From Candidatus Eiseniibacteriota bacterium (GTDB taxonomy: Bacteria > Eisenbacteria > RBG-16-71-46 > CAZAMP01), in NCBI GenBank assembly GCA_965224245.1, contig OZ245046.1, positions 5,536,001 through 5,600,000 on the forward strand: 64,000 nucleotides of DNA, given 5' to 3'. The number at the start of each line of letters is the position of its first letter. The stretch's first letter is position 1. Made by a program: the position numbers and the translations under genes. Under the pieces are notes generated by a model that searched no databases, was not told where the DNA came from, and saw only the letters and a list, made by a program, of their open reading frames with translations. Below, piece by piece: positions 9,816-17,163 of this stretch.

Positions 9816-11169
9816 CGATGTCGCACTCTCGCATCCGGCGCCACAGCGTCGTGCGACTCATGCCCAGCGCGGTCGCGGTCCGACCCCGGTGCCAGTGGTG
9901 CTCGGCGAGGGCGCGAAGGAGCGCCGCCCGCTGCGGGTCGTCGTCGGCCGGCGCCGGTACCGCGCCGCGACATGGGTCGAGGCCCTCTCCGGCGCTCGCG
10001 CGTTCGGCGCCGGAGATCTCCCGCGGCAGATCCTCGGGGAGGATCGTCTGGCGCTCGCACACGGCGACCGCGTACTCCAGCGCATTCTCGAGCTCGCGGA
10101 CGTTCCCGGGCCACGAGTAATCGAGCAGCACACGGATCGCATCGGGTGAGAACCGCATCGCACGGCCCTGCCGCGCCGTGATCCGGGCCAGGAGACCGCG
10201 CGCGAGCGGCTCGATGTCGGCCCGCCGGTTGCGCAGGGGCGGGATCGCGATCGGCACCACGCGCAGCCGGTAGTAGAGATCCTCTCGGAATCGACCGGCC
10301 TCGACCTCGTTGACCAGATCACGGTTCGTGGCGGCCACGATCCGCGCGTTCGTCGTGCGGGTGATGCTCTCGCCGACGCGCTCGTAGGTGCGTTCCTGGA
10401 GTACACGCAGGAGCTTCACCTGAAGTGCGAGCGGGAGGTCGCCCACCTCGTCGAGAAACAGCGTTCCTCCCTCGGCGCGCTCGAAGCGGCCGACGCGGTT
10501 GCTGACGGCGCCGGTGAACGCGCCCCGGACGTGGCCGAACAGCTCGCTCTCCAGGAGATCGGGCGGAAGCGCCGCGCAGCTGACGGCGACGAACGGGCCG
10601 CGCGCGCGATGTGACACGCCGTGGATCGCGCGGGCCACCACTTCCTTTCCGGTTCCGCTCTCGCCGGTCAGCAGGATCGTGGCATCGCTCGACTTGAGGT
10701 TCTCGACCAGGCTCAGGATCCGTCCCATCTCCTGGGAGCGAGAGATCAGGCCCGGCAGATGCGCGGGGCCGCCCGCCTGGGGATCCTCTTCCGCCGCGCG
10801 AAGCACGACGACGTAGCGGGCGCGAGGATCGCACTCCCGCGCGGCGTCCAGAAGCGGCGCGGCGGAGACCGAGACCAGCCGGATCGGATGGCCGTCGCGG
10901 TGCAGCATCGCGCGCCAGCCCTCGCGCCGCTCCCCGGCCACCAGCGCGTGTCGCATGGCTCCGCTGGGCCCGAGCGGCTCGGGACCGAGGACGTCGGCGA
11001 TCGGCCGGCCGTCGAGGGCGACGTGCCCGTCCCCGCCGAGAAGCTCGCCCAGCGCCGGCGACGCGTGGATGACGTTGAACTCGGCGTCGAGGCACAGAAA
11101 GACGCGACCCAGCGACGCGAACGCCCCGCTGACCGCGGCCAGAACTTCGCCCTGTAGCGTGTCTTGCAT
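9811..11169 (-). CDS. Sigma54-dependent activator (PAS-AAA+-HTH)
   Basis: PAS-like N-terminus, GESGTGKE, GAFTGA, LFLDEV, FREDLYYRL, WPGNVRELEN, HTH TATALGMSRTTLWRRM; ATG 11169. Confidence 0.93.
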   Translation of the reverse strand: MQDTLQGEVLAAVSGAFASLGRVFLCLDAEFNVIHASPALGELLGGDGHVALDGRPIADVLGPEPLGPSGAMRHALVAGERREGWRAMLHRDGHPIRLVSVSAAPLLDAARECDPRARYVVVLRAAEEDPQAGGPAHLPGLISRSQEMGRILSLVENLKSSDATILLTGESGTGKEVVARAIHGVSHRARGPFVAVSCAALPPDLLESELFGHVRGAFTGAVSNRVGRFERAEGGTLFLDEVGDLPLALQVKLLRVLQERTYERVGESITRTTNARIVAATNRDLVNEVEAGRFREDLYYRLRVVPIAIPPLRNRRADIEPLARGLLARITARQGRAMRFSPDAIRVLLDYSWPGNVRELENALEYAVAVCERQTILPEDLPREISGAERASAGEGLDPCRGAVPAPADDDPQRAALLRALAEHHWHRGRTATALGMSRTTLWRRMRECDIV

Positions 11170-11463
11170 CGCTGCGACTCGCTTTCCCCGCGCGGGCGGA
11201 TTCCGGCGCGGGCGAGGAGATTGACCCTGAATCCTATCGGAGCCCCACCGGGGCGGGATGTACGTAAAACCCGAAGTCCCATGCGGATGCGGTTGTGTCC
11301 GGGACGGGGGCTCGGACATTCTGCGACGACCGTGCATCCTTTCGAGGGGCCGGTCGTCAACATGAACGAGGATGCCGACGACCGGCGTCCCGTATCCGAC
11401 CACATCCGCGACGCGTCCGGATCGACCGCGATGAGACAGGCGTGAGGCGCGAGGAGGACCGAC

Positions 11464-12270
11464 ATGGAAACGCGCAGCCCAGACGAGATTCGCACGGCCG
11501 TCCGCGACCGCTACGGCGCCGTCGCCGAGGCCGATTCGGGAACGTGCTGTGGTCCGTCCTGCTGCGGTGACGCCACCGCCACCGACGGATCCACACTCGC
11601 AGACAAGTCCGCCGCGATGGGATACACGACCACCGAGATCGAGGGCGTGCCCGAGGGCGCGAACATGGGTCTCGGTTGCGGCAATCCCCAGGCCATCGCG
11701 TCGCTCCGCGCGGGCGAGACCGTGCTCGATCTCGGCGCCGGAGGGGGCTTCGACTGCTTCCTGGCCGCGCGCTCCGTTGGCGAGACCGGTCACGTCATCG
11801 GCGTCGACATGACGCCTCCGATGGTGACCAGGGCCCGCGCCAACGCCAGGCAGGCCGACGTGTCCAACGTGGAGTTCCGCCTCGGCGAGATTGAGCATCT
11901 CCCGGTCGCGGACGCGAGCGTCGACGTCGTGATCTCGAACTGCGTGATCAACCTCTCACCCGAGAAGGAGCAGGTCTTCCGCGAGGCGTTCCGCGTGCTC
12001 CGCCCCGGGGGACGGCTCGCGGTGTCGGACATCGTGGCGGTCGCGGAGATTCCCGACGCCATCCGCGAGAACATGGCCCTCTACACGGGCTGCATGGCCG
12101 GAGCGTCGCTGGTGTCCGACCTCGAGGCGATGCTGACGCGTGTGGGCTTCCAGAGCGTGCAGATACGGCCCCGTGAGGAGAGCCGCTCGATGGTGGGCAG
12201 CTGGGCGCCCGGCGAGCGTCTGGAGGACTACGTCCTGTCGGCGACGATCGAAGCTGAGCGCCCGACGTAG
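11464..12270 (+). CDS. arsM: Arsenite S-adenosylmethionine methyltransferase
   Basis: CCGPSCC, GLGCGNP, LDLGAGGGFD, ISNCVINLSP, YTGCMAGA; GAGGAGG RBS. Confidence 0.93.
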   Translation: METRSPDEIRTAVRDRYGAVAEADSGTCCGPSCCGDATATDGSTLADKSAAMGYTTTEIEGVPEGANMGLGCGNPQAIASLRAGETVLDLGAGGGFDCFLAARSVGETGHVIGVDMTPPMVTRARANARQADVSNVEFRLGEIEHLPVADASVDVVISNCVINLSPEKEQVFREAFRVLRPGGRLAVSDIVAVAEIPDAIRENMALYTGCMAGASLVSDLEAMLTRVGFQSVQIRPREESRSMVGSWAPGERLEDYVLSATIEAERPT

Positions 12271-12347
12271 CCCATCGGCACGGCCGGGGATCGCCGGCTC
12301 CCCGGTCGCACCCGTCCCCGAGGTGCGCGATAATCACGAGACACGCC

Positions 12348-12373
12348 GCCGCCTCACCGCCCGGTGAGGCGGC
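12348..12373. other. Perfect inverted repeat (hairpin) between arsM and the DinB-family gene
   Basis: GCCGCCTCACCG-cc-CGGTGAGGCGGC, just downstream of a GATAAT -10-like hexamer. Confidence 0.4.
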
Positions 12374-12471
12374 ACGATCGCGGCACGCGTCCCCCCGAAG
12401 CACGTGCCGGTCCGAGGGCCGCCTCGCGCCGTGATCCGCGTCGCGGGCCCCACACCACCAGGGAGACTCCG

Positions 12472-12984
12472 ATGGGGATCAGTCAATCGCTGTTGCCGGA
12501 GTTCGACATCGAGATGGCCGGCGCCCGAAAGGCGCTGGAGCGCCTGCCCGAGGCCAGGTTCGACTGGAAGCCGCACGCGAAGTCGATGTCGATGCGGGAC
12601 CTCGCGACGCACGTGTCGAACCTCCCGAGCTGGGCACAGATGACGATCGCGCAGGATGCGTTCGACATGGCGCCGCCGGGCGCCGAGCCGTTTCGCGTCG
12701 AGCCGATCGACTCGACCGAGGCCGCGCTCGCCGCCTTCGACGCCAACGTGACCACCGCACGCGCCGCGATCGCCGGGGCGAGCGACGCCGACCTGATGGC
12801 TCCGTGGTCCCTGATGCGCGGCGGAGAGACGCTGTTCACGATGCCCAAGATCGCCGTCCTCCGATCGTTCGTGATGAACCACATGATCCATCATCGCGCA
12901 CAGCTCGGCATGTACCTGCGGCTGAACGACGTTCCGGTGCCGGCGTCGTACGGGCCCTCGGCCGACGAGGAGCCGTCGATGTGA
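12472..12984 (+). CDS. DinB/YfiT-like family protein
   Basis: DWKPHAKSMS..LATH, NHMIHHRAQLGMYLRL, YGPSADE; three-His signature. Confidence 0.9.
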   Translation: MGISQSLLPEFDIEMAGARKALERLPEARFDWKPHAKSMSMRDLATHVSNLPSWAQMTIAQDAFDMAPPGAEPFRVEPIDSTEAALAAFDANVTTARAAIAGASDADLMAPWSLMRGGETLFTMPKIAVLRSFVMNHMIHHRAQLGMYLRLNDVPVPASYGPSADEEPSM

Positions 12985-13027
12985 GACACCCGCGCGGCCG
13001 GCGACGCGATCACGCCCCGGTCGGACC

Positions 13028-13951
13028 GTGATGTCCGACGGGGCCGATCCCCTCGCGCCGATCCGGCGCTCGCTGACCGCGTGGATACGTGACGCGCTCG
13101 CCGATCCATCCGCCCGGGTCGGCGAGCCACTGACCGGAGCGACGTCGTCGCTCGTCTGCCACGTTCACGCTCGCGCCGGTCCGCTCGTGGTGCGCTGCTT
13201 CACCGACACCCGGTGGAGCGTCCGGGAGCCGGACCTGGCCGAGCACGAGGCGGTCGCCCTCGACGTGGCCGCCCGAGCCGGGCTTCCGGTGCCGAGGCCG
13301 ATCGGTCACGTGGCGGCCACGGAGTCACCGTTCGGCCTCGCAGCGGTCCTGATGACGCGTGTCGCTGGACGCCCGCTGCTGACTCCGGCGAGCCGAGCCG
13401 ACTGGCTCGAACGGCTGGCGGCACGGCTCGCCGAGATCCACCAGGCCGATCCGCGGGACCTCTGCTGGCGGTACGCGAGCTGGCGACCGCCCACGCTCGA
13501 GCGTCCCGACTGGCTCGACGACACCGGTCTCTGGCGATCGATCACGCGCGTGCTCGCCGCCGGTGAGCCCGCCACGCCGCGCGTGTTCATCCACCGGGAC
13601 TATCATCCCGTGAACGTGCTCTGGGCCGGCGGCGACGTCGTGTCCGTCATCGACTGGGTGAACGCCTGCGTGGGGCCTCCGGGCGTCGACGTCTCGCACT
13701 GCCGGGTGAACCTCGCGCTCCTCGACGACGCCGACTCCGCGGACGCGTTCCTCGACGCGTACCGCGGCGAGGCGCCCGACTACCGCCATCACGCGTACTT
13801 CGACGTGGACGCCGCGATGGCGTGGCTGCCGGACGTGCCGCACTACGCGCCGTGGAGCGTGTTCGGGCGCCGGCGGCTACCGCCCCGTGCGCGGCGCCGG
13901 CGCCTGATGGCGTTCGTACGTCGCACCTGCGACGCGGCGCATTCCGCTTGA
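13028..13951 (+). CDS. Aminoglycoside phosphotransferase (APH) family kinase
   Basis: Brenner motif HRDYHPVNVL, VIDW, GLPVPR. Confidence 0.88.
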   Translation: MMSDGADPLAPIRRSLTAWIRDALADPSARVGEPLTGATSSLVCHVHARAGPLVVRCFTDTRWSVREPDLAEHEAVALDVAARAGLPVPRPIGHVAATESPFGLAAVLMTRVAGRPLLTPASRADWLERLAARLAEIHQADPRDLCWRYASWRPPTLERPDWLDDTGLWRSITRVLAAGEPATPRVFIHRDYHPVNVLWAGGDVVSVIDWVNACVGPPGVDVSHCRVNLALLDDADSADAFLDAYRGEAPDYRHHAYFDVDAAMAWLPDVPHYAPWSVFGRRRLPPRARRRRLMAFVRRTCDAAHSA

Positions 13952-14029
13952 CGGCGGCGGCCGGGCTCCGGATCCTGGGCCGGCCGATCGACGTCCGCGC
14001 GGCATCGCCGCGCCGCTGGCGGAGGAAGT

Positions 14030-14812
14030 GTGACCACCGAGGTCCTAATCATCGACAGCTGGATCGACTTCCTGGACCTCGTGCATCGCTCGCGGTTCGC
14101 GAGCTGGGCGTACCGTGGCCAGCGCGATGCGGACTGGGAGGTCGTGAGCTCGCTGACCCGAACCCTCAGTCGGTTCGTCCCCGACCACACCGACTGGACG
14201 GGTCAGGAACAGCGCGCGATCCGCATCTTCCAGCGGAAGGCCCACACCTTCATCGACGAGCCGTCGGCCCTCGACGATCCGCTGCGATGCCTGGCTCTGA
14301 TGCAGCACCACGGCGCACCCACCCGGCTCATCGACTTCACGAAGTCACCCTACGTCGCGGCTTTCTACGCGCTCGAGCGCGCGGAAGAGGACGCCGCGAT
14401 CTGGGCCGTGAACACCCCGTCGCTCGTCCGCTCTCGCGTCGTCCCGCGCGCATACCCCACGCTGGATGCGACCGCCATCGATCCTCGCGTGCCCGAGAAC
14501 GTGATCGAGTACTTCTTCTCGAACGGCTATCCCGTTGTGTGGGCCGGTGAGCCCCACCGGATGGACCGTCGACTGGTCGCCCAGGCCGGAACGTTCATCG
14601 TGCCCGGTGTCGTCGATCGTCCCGTCGAGGCGCTCCTCGCCGACTACGAGTCGGACGAGCCGCTCCTGGTCAAGATCGTGCTACGCAGGGCCATGCGCCG
14701 CGACGCGATGTTCGGCCTCTACCGGATGAACATCACCAACGCGACGCTGTTTCCGGATCTGGACGGGCTCGCGCGCTCCATGGCCTACGAGCTCGAGGTG
14801 AGCTGGAAATGA
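14030..14812 (+). CDS. FRG domain-containing protein
   Basis: YRGQ, QHHGAPTRLIDFT.SPYVAAFYA, RLVAQAGTF, TLFPDLDGLA. Confidence 0.92.
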   Translation: MTTEVLIIDSWIDFLDLVHRSRFASWAYRGQRDADWEVVSSLTRTLSRFVPDHTDWTGQEQRAIRIFQRKAHTFIDEPSALDDPLRCLALMQHHGAPTRLIDFTKSPYVAAFYALERAEEDAAIWAVNTPSLVRSRVVPRAYPTLDATAIDPRVPENVIEYFFSNGYPVVWAGEPHRMDRRLVAQAGTFIVPGVVDRPVEALLADYESDEPLLVKIVLRRAMRRDAMFGLYRMNITNATLFPDLDGLARSMAYELEVSWK

Positions 14813-15150
14813 CGATCGAGGCCGATCGCTGGCGTTTCTTCCGGCGCGTGCGCCGTCACGAGATCGACGAGGTGCGGCGAATGCTGGCCTCCGACCCGTC
14901 GCTCGTCCACGCGCGCGATCCCGACTGCTTCGACTACGACCTGCTGGCCCACGGCGCGTGGCTGGGGTCGGTCGAGTCGGTCCGCGCGCTGATCGCCGGA
15001 GGAGAACGACTCGACGTGCATCTTCTGCGAGACGCGCGTCGGGCACTGGAGGGCGGCTTCCGCGACCACGCGCGCGTCGGCGACGCACGGTATCAGGCGA
15101 TCGACACCGTGCTGCGCGAGGCCGGTGCACCGGAGGAGCCCCATGAGTGA
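14809..15150 (+). CDS. Small ankyrin-like hypothetical protein
   Basis: VRRMLASDPSLVHARD, GSVESVRALIAGG, VLREAGA; ATGA overlap with the FRG gene. Confidence 0.6.
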   Translation: MTIEADRWRFFRRVRRHEIDEVRRMLASDPSLVHARDPDCFDYDLLAHGAWLGSVESVRALIAGGERLDVHLLRDARRALEGGFRDHARVGDARYQAIDTVLREAGAPEEPHE

Positions 15151-15775
15151 CGACCTCCGCGCGCAGCTCGGCGCCACCGACATCTATCTGATCGACCAGA
15201 TCCTGCGCGGCCGGTTCGACTCGTGCCGATCGGTCCTCGACGTCGGATGTGGACACGGACGCAATCTCGTCTACTTCATCCGGCACGGCGTCGACCTGTA
15301 CGGGATCGACAGCGATCCCGAGGCCATCGCGGTCTGCCGAGATCTGATCGTCCGGAACGACCCCCGTTCGCCGGCGCACGAGCACGATCGCCCGTCACGA
15401 CGGTTTCGCGTGGCCGAGGTCACGGACATCCCCTTCGACGACGGGTCGTTCGACGCGGTGATCTGCAACGCGGTCCTCCACTTCCTCGACGATCGCACGT
15501 TCGATGCCGGCGTCGACGAGCTGTGGCGGGTGCTCGCGTCCGGAGGGCTCCTGTTCGTTCGCCTCGCGTCGCGGATCGGTCTGGAGGATCGCATCGAGCC
15601 GCTCGGCGCCGGTCGCTATCGCCTGCCCGACGGCACCGATCGCTACCTCGTGACGGAGCCGCAGCTCCTCGCGCTGACCGATCGGCTGGGCGGGCGGCTC
15701 GCCGATCCCATCAAGACCACCAACGTCCAGGGCCTCCGGTGCATGACGACGTGGTGCGTCTTCAAGCCCGCCTAG
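15143..15775 (+). CDS. Class I SAM-dependent methyltransferase
   Basis: VLDVGCGHGRN, FDAVICNAVLHF; GGAGGAG RBS. Confidence 0.9.
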   Translation: MSDDLRAQLGATDIYLIDQILRGRFDSCRSVLDVGCGHGRNLVYFIRHGVDLYGIDSDPEAIAVCRDLIVRNDPRSPAHEHDRPSRRFRVAEVTDIPFDDGSFDAVICNAVLHFLDDRTFDAGVDELWRVLASGGLLFVRLASRIGLEDRIEPLGAGRYRLPDGTDRYLVTEPQLLALTDRLGGRLADPIKTTNVQGLRCMTTWCVFKPA

Positions 15776-15871
15776 TCGCACGGTGCCGGCGCTGCACGGG
15801 TCTCGTGCCGCGCTTTCCCTTGTCGCGTCCCGCCGATCGTGGGATCGTTCGATCCATGAAGGCACTGTGCG

Positions 15872-16255
15872 ATGGCGCGTGACGACGGACTCGTCTACTC
15901 GACCGAGACGGGCCGACATTGCCCCGACTGCGGTCGTCCGATGGATGCCTGTGCCTGCCGGCGCGGGTCGTCTCGTCGCGGGCGTGGCGCCGGGTCCCGA
16001 CCCGGGAGTCCACGCGACGGCGTCGTCCGCGTCGGGCGTGAGACCAAGGGCCGAAAGGGCAAGGGCGTGACGATCGTCACCGGGGTTCCACTGGGGGGCG
16101 ACGAGCTCGCCACGCTCGCCAAGGACCTGAAGCGGCTGTGCGGCTCGGGCGGAACGGTGCGCGACGACGTGATCGAGATCCAGGGCGATCATCGCGACCG
16201 CATCGTCCCCGCGCTGGAGGCGCGCGGCTGGACGGTGAAGCGGTCCGGCGGGTAG
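15872..16255 (+). CDS. yciH: SUI1 family translation initiation factor (YciH)
   Basis: LVYSTE, CPDC..CAC, ETKGRKGKGVT, LKRLCGSGGTV, IEIQGDHR. Confidence 0.93.
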   Translation: MARDDGLVYSTETGRHCPDCGRPMDACACRRGSSRRGRGAGSRPGSPRDGVVRVGRETKGRKGKGVTIVTGVPLGGDELATLAKDLKRLCGSGGTVRDDVIEIQGDHRDRIVPALEARGWTVKRSGG

Positions 16256-16294
16256 CCGGCCACGCCCGCCTCCGTCCGACGAAGGGACCGCCGC

Positions 16295-17029
16295 ATGAGC
16301 CTCGCTCTGGATCTCGCCCGTCTGGGAAAACGCGCCTACGCATCGCTCCGAGTGGATCGGCTGGTGCTTCCGCTCAATCCGGTGATCATGCGGGTCGCGC
16401 TGCAGGCCGAGCTCGTGCGGTGGATCCGCGAGCACCGTGACCTCGAGTTTCACGACCGCGACTCACCGGGTCACGCCTACGAGAAGCGCTATGGGCTCTA
16501 CGAGCATCTGCTGCGCCATCACGACCTCGACGGGCCCATCGATTACTTGGAGTTCGGCGTGGGGAAGGGCCACTCGTTCCGATGGTGGCGCGAGCACAAC
16601 CGACACCGCGACTCGCGCCTCTTCGGCTTCGACACCTTCACGGGCCTTCCGGAGAGCTTCGGCTCGATGGCATCGGGGACGTTCGACACCGGCGGCAGGC
16701 CACCGGACGTGAACGACGAGCGCTGCACGTTCGTCGCCGGTCTCTTTCAGGACACGCTGCCGGGGTTTCTCGACGGGTACGAACGCGCGCCTCGACTCGT
16801 CGTGCACCTGGACGCCGACCTCTACAGCTCGACGCTCTACGCCCTGACGCGCCTGGCCCCGCGACTGCGCGAGGGTGACATCCTCGTGTTCGACGAGTTC
16901 GGCGTGCCGACCCACGAGTATCGGGCGTTCCGGGACTTCGCGGCCGCCTACCGCGTGCGCGTCGAGGTGCTGGGGGCGGTCAACAACCACCTGCAGGTCG
17001 CGATGCGGGTCGTCGACCTGTCGAACTGA
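16295..17029 (+). CDS. TylF/MycF (macrocin O-methyltransferase) family protein
   Basis: YLEFGV, GFDTFTGLPE, GLFQDTLP, HLDADLYSST, VFDE. Confidence 0.88.
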   Translation: MSLALDLARLGKRAYASLRVDRLVLPLNPVIMRVALQAELVRWIREHRDLEFHDRDSPGHAYEKRYGLYEHLLRHHDLDGPIDYLEFGVGKGHSFRWWREHNRHRDSRLFGFDTFTGLPESFGSMASGTFDTGGRPPDVNDERCTFVAGLFQDTLPGFLDGYERAPRLVVHLDADLYSSTLYALTRLAPRLREGDILVFDEFGVPTHEYRAFRDFAAAYRVRVEVLGAVNNHLQVAMRVVDLSN

Positions 17030-17163
17030 TCTCCGGGAGACCCGAACGAGAAACCGGGCTACCCGGTGCGCTCACGCGCTCCGAGCAGCCCGGCGTCGCG
17101 TCCGACGGGCGTCTCACCCGTCAGCGACCGCGCCCCGCTCGCGCGGCCGCCCTCGAGGACGCA

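Noticed and set aside
11170-11898. N-terminal extension of the 695-aa ORF (also extensions of ORFs 570-2819, 17164-20073, 30146-32365, 32059-33834, 58984-60387)
   Set aside because: Extensions overlap neighbouring real genes or promoters; downstream starts with RBS or signal peptides fit better
11464-12270. Selenocysteine recoding in arsM or the sulfur-relay genes
   Set aside because: All catalytic positions are ordinary Cys codons; no in-frame TGA
13028-13951. Bona fide aminoglycoside resistance gene
   Set aside because: Only generic APH/choline-kinase motifs; substrate cannot be inferred
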